This document shows positions 9,035-19,900 of a DNA stretch of 64,000 nt, piece after piece. Each line of letters opens with the position of its first letter. Position 1 is the first letter of the stretch. A program made the translations under genes and the position numbers. A model generated the notes under the pieces. It ran no database searches, was not told where the DNA came from, and was given only the letters and a program-made list of their open reading frames with translations. Source of the stretch: a virus (taxonomy: Duplodnaviria; Caudoviricetes); IMG/VR virus record IMGVR_UViG_3300037424_000564, positions 64,001 through 128,000 of that record. One strand, 5' to 3'.

Positions 9035-9781
9035 TTAAAAATTAATTTCGTATTTGTCTCTATCTTGTTTCATTGATTCTGGAATCATATCTTCGAATTT
9101 TCTGGTTACTGTATTGAAACACATGAATTTATCACAATCTACACAGACATGCATTGTAACCAATCCTTCTGTTGATAACTGTAGTGTAGATCTAGGTTCT
9201 TTTTTATGTGTATGACCACATACTATATTAAACCGTTCATCGAATTTATCATATCCATAACTAGCCCAGAAAACACCAGAAAATGCATCATTTCCGCCTC
9301 TGAAACTATTAATATTAAAAATAATAGATGGATTTGTTTCTACTATAGGTAAATTTTTAAATTTATCAAATTCAGAATTACAAAAATCATTCATATCTTC
9401 AATTGTATTAAATTTTTCGCCAAACAAATATTGAACACCACCATGACAAATAAAAAATCCATCACGAATACAAGAAGCATTAATTTTATGTTTATTCTTT
9501 TCAACAAGAGTTTGAAATATTTGAATCATTCCATACCTACAACCACTACACATGGTAAAATCACCAGAAGATTTGAAATACTGATTGTCATGATTACCAC
9601 TTAAAATAGTTGCATTTGAATTATAAATCATTTCTGCTGTCGTTAATATAGTATAATCTGTTGCTGTATAAGAATCATATAAATCACCAACAAAAATATG
9701 TTCCTCTTCTGGTTTATAATCTAAGAAAGCTTTAGCTTTAGCGTAATTACCGTGAATATCTCCTACTATTAATGCACACAT
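9035..9781 (-). CDS. calcineurin-like metallophosphoesterase
   Basis: GDIHG, VGD, GNHD, HGG, GHTH motifs. Confidence 0.9.
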   Translation of the reverse strand: MCALIVGDIHGNYAKAKAFLDYKPEEEHIFVGDLYDSYTATDYTILTTAEMIYNSNATILSGNHDNQYFKSSGDFTMCSGCRYGMIQIFQTLVEKNKHKINASCIRDGFFICHGGVQYLFGEKFNTIEDMNDFCNSEFDKFKNLPIVETNPSIIFNINSFRGGNDAFSGVFWASYGYDKFDERFNIVCGHTHKKEPRSTLQLSTEGLVTMHVCVDCDKFMCFNTVTRKFEDMIPESMKQDRDKYEINF

Positions 9782-9791
9782 ATATTATCCT

Positions 9792-11138
9792 TTATTTAAT
9801 TTTGTTTTTTAGTTCCTTAAGATCATTTAGCCACATATCTTCCAATGAAGTTTCTGTGATAATTTTAAGTTCTTCTTTTTTGTTGGATATTTGTTTCTTT
9901 AATTCATCAATTGTGTCAGATGAAAAACTATGGATTGGCATTCTCAATAGATAATCAAATGAATCATCTACTTTATAAAAAGGGAAATCTTTATTATCTT
10001 CAATCTGTTTTATGATAATTGATTTGCTTGTTTTAAATACTTTAATCTTTTCTTCAAGAATAAACTTGACAAAATAAAATTTACTTCCAATTACCATTAA
10101 TTCTTTTTTTACTTTTTCAATTAAATGTATTTTACGCAGATCATAATAATGCAATCTAACTTCCATGTACTTATCTAGTATTTCTTTAATACTATCAAAT
10201 TCAACAATTTCATTATTAATACCAATACATGTATAGTTTTCTGTGATCTTACGTACTAATTTTAATTTATCAATAATATATTCATCATCTTTTTTTGTAA
10301 ATTCTCTAGGAACTTTAATTTCGAACAGAAATTTATTTTGTTTTGGTTCTGACATATCAGTATAGTCAGCTATAACTTTATCTTCTTCTAATTTGGTTAG
10401 TATATCATTATATTTTTTAAGATTATATCCAACAGGAAGTTCGGTAACTAAAATAGTTGTAGTATTTTTAATTTCATATGTACCAAAAATTTCAAATGTA
10501 TTTGGACTAGTCTGTAAGATTCTACCCTTAAAGCCATTAAAATAAGGCAACAGAATTTTAGGAGTCTGTCTCCTACCTTTGCCAGAGATTTTATCAACTA
10601 AAGTTTCTATAATTTCTAAAGGATTTCGAGATAGAATCTTTTGGCTGAACCCTGTTCCGATACCTTCAGATCCATTGACAAGTATAATAGGTATAATAGG
10701 AACATAATACTTAGGTTCAATACGCTTACCTTCAAATTCTTGTTCAATCAAAATAGCTTCATCTTCAGGATGGAAAATGGATTCAAACATTTTTTCTTTT
10801 GTCACGTAGATATATCTAGATGAACCTGCTTCTGGAATACACACAGATCCAAAGTTACCTTTTGGTTCAATTAGATTAATATTATTTGTACCTACGAAAC
10901 TTTGAGCCATTCCTGTAATTACATCTTCAAGAGACTTTTGCCCATGAAGATATTCGAGCATATCAGTAACTCTAGCTGCTAATGATGCTACTTTTGTTTT
11001 TTCTTTGAGAGTATTTGCTGAACATAATGCTTTGCGAGAAGATGGTTTCTGTCCATCCATAAAATTACCAAGTCCACGAAAGGCAGAATAGGTAGCAAAA
11101 GCACTAAAATCATCACGGAAGAAATGTTTTATTTTCAT
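9792..11138 (-). CDS. gp52: DNA topoisomerase II, DNA-cleavage subunit (T4 gp52-like)
   Basis: DGQKPSSRK, YLHG, catalytic SRYIY, IIPIILVNGSEGIGTGF. Confidence 0.95.
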   Translation of the reverse strand: MKIKHFFRDDFSAFATYSAFRGLGNFMDGQKPSSRKALCSANTLKEKTKVASLAARVTDMLEYLHGQKSLEDVITGMAQSFVGTNNINLIEPKGNFGSVCIPEAGSSRYIYVTKEKMFESIFHPEDEAILIEQEFEGKRIEPKYYVPIIPIILVNGSEGIGTGFSQKILSRNPLEIIETLVDKISGKGRRQTPKILLPYFNGFKGRILQTSPNTFEIFGTYEIKNTTTILVTELPVGYNLKKYNDILTKLEEDKVIADYTDMSEPKQNKFLFEIKVPREFTKKDDEYIIDKLKLVRKITENYTCIGINNEIVEFDSIKEILDKYMEVRLHYYDLRKIHLIEKVKKELMVIGSKFYFVKFILEEKIKVFKTSKSIIIKQIEDNKDFPFYKVDDSFDYLLRMPIHSFSSDTIDELKKQISNKKEELKIITETSLEDMWLNDLKELKNKIK

Positions 11139-11147
11139 TTATTATCC

Positions 11148-12326
11148 TTAAAGTGTGTTGATATTAAATTCAATACCACGCATTTGTTCTTTTCTAAAGT
11201 CAACTGCTTTAGAGTGCATCCAATTATATATAACTTCATCATCACCTTCTTCATATTCAAAATCTTGAATAAAGTGATCAATTCCATATGTAGTAATCAA
11301 TTTACTTAGATCACTAGCTTCCCATGTCGCCAATCCTTTATAATAAGTATATTTTAATCCTGCTTTTTTATTAGTATTATAATCAGTTAAAGTAAAATAG
11401 AAATCTTTAATATTTCCAGATTTATCAAAACCAGCAACAATTGGTGTTCGAAGGAATTTAATTTTATTAGCTTTCAGTAATGATTTCCCATATTTGAAGA
11501 AAAATACCAACAATAATCCACGAATCGCCATACCATCCAAATCTTGGTCTGATGCTATCAAAACATATTGATAGTTTAACTCAGTTTGGATATCTTTGTC
11601 AAGTCGCATGTTCAAAATTTGAGAAATGTTTCGAATTTCATCATTAGATTTGAGTTTGTCAATCTTAACTTCCAATACATTTAATGGTTTACCTTTGAGA
11701 GGAAAGAAAGAAAATGTATCCCTTCCAAGCACACTCATAAGACCATTATTTGCAGAATCACCTTCTGTGAGAACGAGATATTTTTTTTCCTTAATAGCAG
11801 GATAATATTTCTCAACTCTCATTTTCTTTTTTTGTTGATTTAATTTCCGTAGCTCGACATTCTCCTTAGTTTGTAGTTTCAATTTATATGATTCTACAAT
11901 AGGAAGAATGATTTCATCGTTTTTAATAATTGATTTCAAAAGAGTTTCGTTGATCAGATCATCAATTAACTCTTTGAAATTATTAGATGAAATCAATCTC
12001 TCTTTAGTTTGACTGTCAAACTGAGGATTACTCATTCGAATTGAAAGTAAAAGAAATATTTTAGATTTAATATCAATAGGCTTTACTTCGAGTTTATGTT
12101 TCTTTTTCAAGAATACTCTAATATATTCAACGATTTTGGCCACTGCGTACTCGACATGAGTACCACCACGAATAGTATAAGCACCATTGACAAAACTCAT
12201 TTGCTGAAATTCTGTATCTGAATAAAACAAAGCAACACGACCATTATTAATCTCATTTGATTCATAGATAGGGTAAATCTTCTCAACAAAACCTTTCAGT
12301 TTCGGAACTGCTATTTTAGTGTACAT
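11148..12326 (-). CDS. gp39: DNA topoisomerase II large subunit, C-terminal part (transducer + TOPRIM)
   Basis: FDSQTKERL (QTK loop), TEGDSA, PLKGKPLN, DQDLDG, YYKGLATW. Confidence 0.9.
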   Translation of the reverse strand: MYTKIAVPKLKGFVEKIYPIYESNEINNGRVALFYSDTEFQQMSFVNGAYTIRGGTHVEYAVAKIVEYIRVFLKKKHKLEVKPIDIKSKIFLLLSIRMSNPQFDSQTKERLISSNNFKELIDDLINETLLKSIIKNDEIILPIVESYKLKLQTKENVELRKLNQQKKKMRVEKYYPAIKEKKYLVLTEGDSANNGLMSVLGRDTFSFFPLKGKPLNVLEVKIDKLKSNDEIRNISQILNMRLDKDIQTELNYQYVLIASDQDLDGMAIRGLLLVFFFKYGKSLLKANKIKFLRTPIVAGFDKSGNIKDFYFTLTDYNTNKKAGLKYTYYKGLATWEASDLSKLITTYGIDHFIQDFEYEEGDDEVIYNWMHSKAVDFRKEQMRGIEFNINTL

Positions 12327-13450
12327 TAATTTTTCCTTAATAAATTTAATATATTTTTAACATCGATAAGTGATGATATTCTTATTAATTTAATATTATT
12401 TTCATTACAAAATTTTGTTTTTATCTTATCACGTTTTTTTACTAATTCAAAACTTTTTAAGGCATTATCAGTATTAGAATATATAACAGGCTTGAAATGA
12501 TGAATACCATCATATTCAATACATATATTATATTCTGGTAGATAAAAATCAAATGGTAATGGTAAAATATTTCTACATTCTTTAAATCTCTTTTGTTCTT
12601 CAAATATTAAATTATTTTTTAATAAAATTTCACGTATTAAAGTTTCACCTACTGACTTATTATTTACTGGATAACACTTATTGCATATTCTATTATTAAT
12701 TATTTGTTCTGGTGTTTTAATATATATTTTTTTACATTTTAAACATTCTATTTCAATTTTTGTAAATGTATCAACATATTTTGTTTTTAAATTAAAATTT
12801 TCAACATCAACTAATTTAACAAAATCAAAATGAGACTTTCTTTTGGAACATACTTTACATCTAATGTGGGTATCAATGTGGTATTTAAAAGTCTGTTTAA
12901 ATTCAACACCACAAATATTACATTTTATTATTGAAGGGGAATTAGAATTTTTATAGTCAAATTTAGAATAATCATAAATATTTCCAAATTTATTAATAGC
13001 AAGATTTGTCATTTCATCAAATGATAAATTACCATATTTACTATCATTTCGTAATGAACATATTGGACACCCATGACCTTGTAAATGTAAATTAGGTGTT
13101 CTATTAAATTCGCTAAAACATTTTAAACATTTTATACTAATTTTAATATTTGCGCTTTTATATTCCTCCAAATATTCAAATGATTCTATACCATATATAT
13201 TTTCTGTTTCAGCAATAAAATCAATATGAGATTTTCTCTGATTATTTGATCTTTTTTCTATATTACATAGAGAGCAAATACTTCCTCTTATGTGATCATT
13301 AGGTATTTGTTTAAATATTCCGTGTTTTTTACATTTTATTTGTACTTTCGTTTGTGAGTTTACATATTCAACAAAGGAATAATCATACATGTTTTTATGT
13401 ACTGTATTTGATTTTTGAATAAATTCATCTGTATTTAATTTTCTTCCCAT
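12326..13450 (-). mobile_element. putative homing endonuclease inserted in gp39 (CxxC zinc-ribbon repeats + PD-(D/E)XK/Vsr-like C-terminal domain)
   Basis: Repeated YDYS...IKCKKHG...H..G..C..C units and C-terminal LPFDFYLP...IEYDGIHHF; own TATAAATA promoter and GGGGAG RBS. Confidence 0.8.
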
Positions 13451-14181
13451 ATGACATTCTCCCCATCTTTTATGTTATTTATAAAAGATGTGAAAAAAGT
13501 AATTTCTGGATAACAAAATGCCAAATCTCTAATACGTTTTTCATACAGTATTGGTAAATATTTTATAACTTCATCAGATACTTTAAAATAATCATAATTT
13601 GGATCATATGATATCGAAGTATAATTATCTTTTGATTTTGTTATTACTGGGTTATGTTTGATTGCTAAATGATTCTCAAAAGTTTGTTTGTATTTTTTCT
13701 GTCCATTTGCTGTGTCAATAGAGAAGTTACGTGAAAAGATAGGAACTAAAGATCCACCAACACCATATTGACCTACTAACATTTCTTTGTTGGTATCATC
13801 GAAGTTAGAACCAGCTTTAAGGTGAGTGAATATAATTTCAGGAGTCCATTTTTTTAATGCCTCATTATACTCAATAGGAAGACCACGACCATTATCTTCT
13901 ACTGTGACTGTTCCAATTTTATTATCAAATGTAACTTTGATTTTAGTAGCATATTTAAATGATGTTCGGATAGCTTCATCTATACTATTTGATACAATTT
14001 CATCAAATAATTTAAGAAGTGCTGGAATTTGTGGGATATCTTTCAATACAATTTTGTTATTTTCATAAATGTATGTTGGATAAATTTCTTCATTCACATT
14101 ACCACAATACATTCCCGGTCGTTTTAGAACGTGTTCAATATCTGATAAAACTTGAATATCATCTTCTCTTAATGGTTTCAT
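13435..14181 (-). CDS. gp39: DNA topoisomerase II large subunit, N-terminal GHKL ATPase part
   Basis: EHVLKRPGMY, FDEIVSNSIDE, EDNGRGLP, AGSNF, GQYGVGGS; last ~20 codons derive from the insertion. Confidence 0.92.
   Translation of the reverse strand: MKPLREDDIQVLSDIEHVLKRPGMYCGNVNEEIYPTYIYENNKIVLKDIPQIPALLKLFDEIVSNSIDEAIRTSFKYATKIKVTFDNKIGTVTVEDNGRGLPIEYNEALKKWTPEIIFTHLKAGSNFDDTNKEMLVGQYGVGGSLVPIFSRNFSIDTANGQKKYKQTFENHLAIKHNPVITKSKDNYTSISYDPNYDYFKVSDEVIKYLPILYEKRIRDLAFCYPEITFFTSFINNIKDGENVIWEEN
13464..13490 (-). promoter_or_regulatory. T4-type late promoter within a hairpin upstream of the endonuclease
   Basis: TATAAATA at 13483-13476 inside a 10-bp inverted repeat CATCTTTTAT/ATAAAAGATG that abuts the GGGGAG RBS. 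Confidence 0.75.
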
Positions 14182-14189
14182 ATTTTTCC

Positions 14190-14444
14190 TTATCTAATTC
14201 TGTCACAGTCATGTAAATGATATGGTGCGTATAATTTTTCTGAATCAATAACTTTTCGTACTGGTCTACCTTTACTAAAAAATGATCTAATCTCAGATGA
14301 ATTACCAAAAAAGTTTTTCATATATGATGGATATGTCATGAATACTTTTGGAAATTCAACATTTTGTTCAGTACAATATACTCTGCCTCTAATAATACAC
14401 TTAGCCCTATTTCCCATAGGGATGAATAAAATCTCAATTCTCAT
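14190..14444 (-). CDS. hypothetical protein
   Basis: 84-aa ORF between RNA ligase and gp39. Confidence 0.5.
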   Translation of the reverse strand: MRIEILFIPMGNRAKCIIRGRVYCTEQNVEFPKVFMTYPSYMKNFFGNSSEIRSFFSKGRPVRKVIDSEKLYAPYHLHDCDRIR

Positions 14445-14445
14445 A

Positions 14446-15165
14446 TTATTTCATTCCTTTCAATTTGTTGAGTTCAAGCTTTTTGAACATCCAATGTGTA
14501 TCAGTCACCACATGGTTTTCACGAACATATTTAGCGATGGATTTATTGAAATCTTCGTATTCGAATCCATCACTAAGTCTTAACACGAAACCTTCTTGTT
14601 TGTCAACATTTAATGTTTCAATAAGATTTCTAATAACATTTTCATCATAGATTCCCTCATACATAACAGGAACGGTAATGAGATTTAAAAGTTCGCAATA
14701 TTCGATAGTTTCAGCCCATGATAGACATTGTGTTTCATTCCAAATTGAAAAAACTTCAAAATATGAATCAAGATCATCATAATAGATTGAATGTGTAGCA
14801 AAAAGATTTTCACCACAAATTCTCATTTTTTCGGGAATATGGTGTCTCATTTCTCCCCAACAACGTTTTACAAAACGCCTTGAAATATGATCTTTTGAAT
14901 CAATAGAACGAGCATGATAATACTCTCTAGCGATGGTAGTATTTTCACCATCACGTTTTTCTGTAATAACAACTGATTTGCCAATAAAATGATCCATTGA
15001 TTTTAGAATCTTATCGTCAGAAGTTGTGGTCTTTGATTCAGGAAAATGAAATGTTTTTGGATATTTGAATTTCATAATTTCATCCTTATATACTTTAGCA
15101 ATGGTTTCGTTGATAATTTCGTTAGATGTTTTTATTGGTTTCTCCTTTAAGCCAAGATATACCAT
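14446..15165 (-). CDS. RNA ligase family protein (small Rnl2-like nucleotidyltransferase)
   Basis: KYPKTFHFP, motif I TEKRDGEN, ICGENLFA, EGFVLR, KYVRENHV; real start probably MKFKYP. Confidence 0.8.
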   Translation of the reverse strand: MVYLGLKEKPIKTSNEIINETIAKVYKDEIMKFKYPKTFHFPESKTTTSDDKILKSMDHFIGKSVVITEKRDGENTTIAREYYHARSIDSKDHISRRFVKRCWGEMRHHIPEKMRICGENLFATHSIYYDDLDSYFEVFSIWNETQCLSWAETIEYCELLNLITVPVMYEGIYDENVIRNLIETLNVDKQEGFVLRLSDGFEYEDFNKSIAKYVRENHVVTDTHWMFKKLELNKLKGMK

Positions 15166-15188
15166 TACGATTTAAATGTCAACTTTAA

Positions 15189-15228
15189 AAAAGAAAAGCA
15201 CCCTTTAATTAAAAAAGAGTGCTTTGTC
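15189..15228 (-). terminator. intrinsic terminator-like hairpin
   Basis: AAAGCAC.CTTT/AAAG.GTGCTTT hairpin followed by a T tract on the minus strand, downstream of 15262..15729. Confidence 0.55.
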
Positions 15229-15261
15229 CCTATTTGGGTATTATCGTTCCTTATTTGGGTA

Positions 15262-15729
15262 TTATTTGTCTTTTCTTCCTAGACTGAATGATGAGTCTGA
15301 ATCATCAGATCCGTCATCGGTAGTGTCATACATATGACTTTCTGCATCATCATCAACTTCATTTTCACCAATTTTCTTGGTGATTTTGATATCATCAGCA
15401 TCATATTTATATTTTTTGTGAAGAGCTTTTTCATATTTTTTGATTTCTGCATCAAGGGCATCCATTTCAACACCATCGATTTTGACTTTTTTATTCATAT
15501 CAAAATCTTTTAATACTTTAGTATCTTCTTCTTTTTGCCCATCAATTTTGATTTTTGCAGTCAAAGTTATAGTACGAATACCTTCTTTACCAGAATCATC
15601 ATTATCGTCATCAGATTTCTTAGGGCGACCACGTTTACCTTTTTCTTTAGGAATTTCATCCTCTTCAGTTTTTTCTTTTTTAGGGCGACCACGCCCTTCA
15701 TCTAGCATTTGTACGAATTTTTGATTCAT
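15262..15729 (-). CDS. charged low-complexity protein with two AT-hook motifs
   Basis: GRGRPKK and KRGRPKK, D/E/K-rich. Confidence 0.7.
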   Translation of the reverse strand: MNQKFVQMLDEGRGRPKKEKTEEDEIPKEKGKRGRPKKSDDDNDDSGKEGIRTITLTAKIKIDGQKEEDTKVLKDFDMNKKVKIDGVEMDALDAEIKKYEKALHKKYKYDADDIKITKKIGENEVDDDAESHMYDTTDDGSDDSDSSFSLGRKDK

Positions 15730-15816
15730 TTTATTTTTCTCCTATTTAAATTTGACAGATCTGAAATCTGATGTTATAATCAACCTTAGTTGCCGCTGGA
15801 GCAGATAGATATAAGG

Positions 15817-16419
15817 TTAGCCAGTCTTTCCTTCTAAGTATTTAGCTATAAAATATGCATCTGTTAAATCTGCTCCACCTTTATCAAATCCAACTTCTTC
15901 CTCGAAGACTGAACGGATATTAGCAGGTAACTTCAACCATGTCAAATATTTTATATCAGAATTTAAAACTATTTCCATATTATCTAATTTAAGCTGTTTC
16001 TTATCTTTTAAAGTTTTCAATGCTTTAATTTTTACCTTCAAAGATTTCATTTTAATTGAATATTCTTTGAGTAACTTTCTATCTTCTTTTGTGAATAGAG
16101 GACTGCGCCATGTTAGAACAGGAATAATTTCAACATGGCGATTTAATTCTTTAAAAATTTCAGTTCTTAAATACCAAAAATTACCAGCAATAATATCTTT
16201 TGCTCCTGATAAAGATCCAAAAGATAATCCTTCCAATCCAATCTTTTCAGGATCATGCTTCTTGATAAAATCAATAACTTCTTTAGCAATATGAATCAAT
16301 AACTGTTCATCGTTTAATATTTTTGAATCGGTTTTTATTAATTTATATTCAAATTTATCACCATCAACAAAAGATAATCCTGTTCCTCTCATTGATAAAT
16401 CTATTCCAATTGTTTTCAT
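15817..16419 (-). CDS. RuvC-like Holliday junction resolvase
   Basis: IGIDLSMRGTG, IGLEG, DLTDAYFIA acidic motifs. Confidence 0.8.
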   Translation of the reverse strand: MKTIGIDLSMRGTGLSFVDGDKFEYKLIKTDSKILNDEQLLIHIAKEVIDFIKKHDPEKIGLEGLSFGSLSGAKDIIAGNFWYLRTEIFKELNRHVEIIPVLTWRSPLFTKEDRKLLKEYSIKMKSLKVKIKALKTLKDKKQLKLDNMEIVLNSDIKYLTWLKLPANIRSVFEEEVGFDKGGADLTDAYFIAKYLEGKTG

Positions 16420-16916
16420 ACAATTTCATTCGCAATAAAAAAAATTTCATCAACTTCATGATAAGACATATTTAACATTTTTCCTAATTGTAATATAAAA
16501 GTATTCAATCTGTCAAATGAAGTAGCATAATCCCACCCATCCTTAATATCTTGTGTTGAATTTTTAACTATAATTTCAATTTGATCTCTCAATCCTAATC
16601 TATTTAAAGCCAATCTGAACTTCCATGGAGTTGCTGTTAATGTCTCCCTATATTTATAAATGATTTCATTACCAGAAGTTGATACACTAGAAATCTGATT
16701 AGGTTGAATATTATTAATATAATAATATATGTCTCCTGATAAAATTCCTAATCTATCTGATAATTCTTGTTCAGAATTGACAATTTCTAAATTTTTTTGT
16801 CCCGTTGTTAATACTTTATTTGGATGTAAACTACCGAATTGAATCGAATTGAATTTGATATTATTATAAATTATCCAAAATTGTATATTAGATGTTTCAT
16901 TTTTATATATTTGCAT
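16416..16916 (-). CDS. tail-fibre-associated protein (chaperone-like)
   Basis: C-terminal TPWKFRLAL..LGL...WDYATSFDR...DEIF pattern typical of small genes following tail fibres; position after BspA gene. Confidence 0.45.
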   Translation of the reverse strand: MQIYKNETSNIQFWIIYNNIKFNSIQFGSLHPNKVLTTGQKNLEIVNSEQELSDRLGILSGDIYYYINNIQPNQISSVSTSGNEIIYKYRETLTATPWKFRLALNRLGLRDQIEIIVKNSTQDIKDGWDYATSFDRLNTFILQLGKMLNMSYHEVDEIFFIANEIV

Positions 16917-16947
16917 ATTATATCCTTATTATATTCTTAAACCTATA

Positions 16948-19900
16948 TTATACACCAACGGAATCACCAACAAATGTCCAACCTTTATAAGTTATAAGAA
17001 AACCTCTAGCTTCTTCTGCTGTTCCTGCTGGTTCTTCACTACCGTAAGTATAAACAAGTCCATTTACACCTACTGTCATATTATCAGGTAGATTAGCTTC
17101 ATTTGCCCACCAAGCAAGTAATAATGAGCTATAATATAATTCTGACATTGCTGTATTATCTAACATATTAAGTAGAGAGTTTGAACCACTTAAATTATTA
17201 AAATTCCATCCTGAAATATCTTGATTAAATAAAGTAGCATTATTGAACATAGAAACCATATCAGTGACATTAGAGACATTCCAAGAATTTAATGGTTGAT
17301 TGAATGATGTAGCATTATTGAACATAAGCACCATAAAAGTTACATTAGAAACATTCCAAGAATTTAATGGTTGATTGAATGATGTAGCACCATTAAATAA
17401 ACTAGCAACATATATAAGAGAATCAGTATTCCACCCAGAAATATCTTGATTGAATGATGTAGCATTCTTGAACATTTCAAACATATTATTTACATTACTA
17501 GTATCCCACCCAGAAATATCAGAATTAAATGATGCAGCATCATAGAACATAGCAGACATATTAGTTACATTACTAGTATCCCACCCAGAAATATCAGAAT
17601 TAAATGATGTAGCAGTGCGGAATATGCTATCCATAGTAGTTACATTTTTAGTCCATATAGGATTATTTTCAATGAATGTTAGATTAGAACATCCATAAAA
17701 TCCACCAGCTAAACTAGTTAAACCTGAGTAGCCACCTGATAATACTGATGTTATTTTAAGTTTATCTCCTGTATTATTAAAACTCCAATGTGTCATTAAA
17801 CCTGTGACAGATACAGTTTTAATACCACTAGTAGCATATGTATGTTGATTGCCAGAGTTATACGCTGTTACTGGGTTAGTATTACCATCACCCCAATCTA
17901 CGATAAAATCATAAGTTCCAGCTACAGGTAGTGGTAATGTAACAGAGTTATCAGTAGTTAATGACCATTCTGTTATCATTGGTTCATATCCAGCTTCCAA
18001 TCCACCATCAGTAATAATCCATCCTTTAGTATTAATTAAATAATCTCTAGAAGCTGAACCAGCCTCTGTATATGCAGTAGGTCCACAGTCAAAATATACT
18101 CCTGTTTGTACTGGTTGAGAAGCCCATGAGTTTAAAGCTAGATCGTAATTTAAAGATATCCACGCTGTTGATTCAATCATATGACTCATACTATAACTTA
18201 ATGTATTATCTATTGAAGATACAGACCATGATGAAATATCTTGATTAAAATTACTATCAGAATAAAACATAAATGCCATACTTGAAACACTACTAGTATT
18301 TAATATGATAGATGCATTAAATGTAGATCTATAGAACATATAAGAAGTATCATTTATAGACGAAGTGTTCCAGTTTATAGGTTGATTATAAGCAGTAGGA
18401 CCTTTAAACATTCCATTCATTGAAACTACATTACTAAAATCCCATGAATTTAGTGATTGATTAAATGCTGTTGGATTAGTTGATACACCAGCAGCACTAA
18501 ACATATTGGTCATATTAGTTACATTACCTACATCCCAAGATGAAATATCTTGATTGAATGCATGTGCCGAAGAAAACATATACTGCATATTAATTACATT
18601 ACTTACATCCCATGATGAAATATCTTGATTAAATGCAAACGCCCCATTGAACATATCTTGCATTGCAGTAACAGAACTAGTATTCCATAAATTTAATGGT
18701 TGATTAAATATGTTAGCTTCATCAAATGTTTCCTGCATATTATTTACATTACTTACATCCCAATTATTAATATTTCCATTAAAATTGGATAGTGAGAAAG
18801 TACCATATAAATTATTAACATTAGATACATCCCAAGAATACAAATCTTTATCAAAAAGAGTAGCTTCATAAAACATAAAACTAATATCAGTTACATTATG
18901 GACATTCCAACTATTGAGAGGTTGATTAAAAACAGAAGCACCTCTAAACATTTGATACATATTTGTTACTTTAGATACATCCCAAGAATCTATAGATTGA
19001 TTAAAAGAAGTAGCACCAAAAAACATACCAGACATATCAGTTACATTACTAGTATTCCAGTCAGAAATATCAGAATTAAATGAAGTACAACTTCTTAACA
19101 TATCTCCCATGTTTGTAACATTTTTAGTCCATATAGGATCATTTTCTATATATATTAGATTTTGACATAGAAAAAATCCTTGGTATAAACTGGTTAAACC
19201 AGTGTATCCAGTTTTAACTACGTGAGTTAATTTTTCTGCGGAATAATGAAACATAGGAAATCTCCATTGAGTCATTAGACCAGTTATAGTTACTGTTTTA
19301 ACTCCACTAGTAGCATATGTATGACTATTACCGGAGTCATATGCAGTAACAGCATTAGTATTACCATCACCCCAATCGACAATAAAATCATAAGATCCAG
19401 CTATAGGTAATGGTAATTCAATTTCGTTATCATCAGTCAATAACCATTTAGTTACCATCGGAGTATATTTATCAATCAAATTAGTAGCAGACACAGCAAG
19501 TCCAGCTACTTCGGCGTAATATACATCACTGATATCAGTAGTTTCACCAAATTCAATTAGACCTCTGTAAATTGAAGTGTATTTAATAGTGATATCAACA
19601 TCAGATCCTGTAGGATTTGATATATTAAAATATACACCACCTGAAACTTCAACAACATTTGTAGAAAATTGGATTACATATTTGGACGCAGAAGTAACAT
19701 CAGCAGTAATTGTAGCTGAATTTATTTCAGTAGATCCTTGTTGTAAATTAAAAATTTGAGAATCATTATCAGCAGTGACAGAAAACTCAATTCCAGTTAC
19801 AGGCATACTTGCATACACTAATACTGTATAAGGAGTATTAGGTAATAGTTTTTCTGAAATATTTTGAGAAAATGAAGATCCAGTACCAATAGAACCAGAC

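Noticed and set aside
12326-13490. Group I intron or intein in gp39
   Set aside because: The insertion is entirely ORF plus a short promoter/RBS, with stops in the host frame, no room for P3-P7 core elements and no C/S...HN intein ends. T4 gene 60-style ribosomal bypass over 1.1 kb is implausible.
15760-15816. GC-richer hairpin (AACCTTA...TAAGGTT) upstream of the AT-hook gene as a possible ncRNA or riboswitch
   Set aside because: Short, with no recognisable family motif; cannot be distinguished from a terminator or chance.
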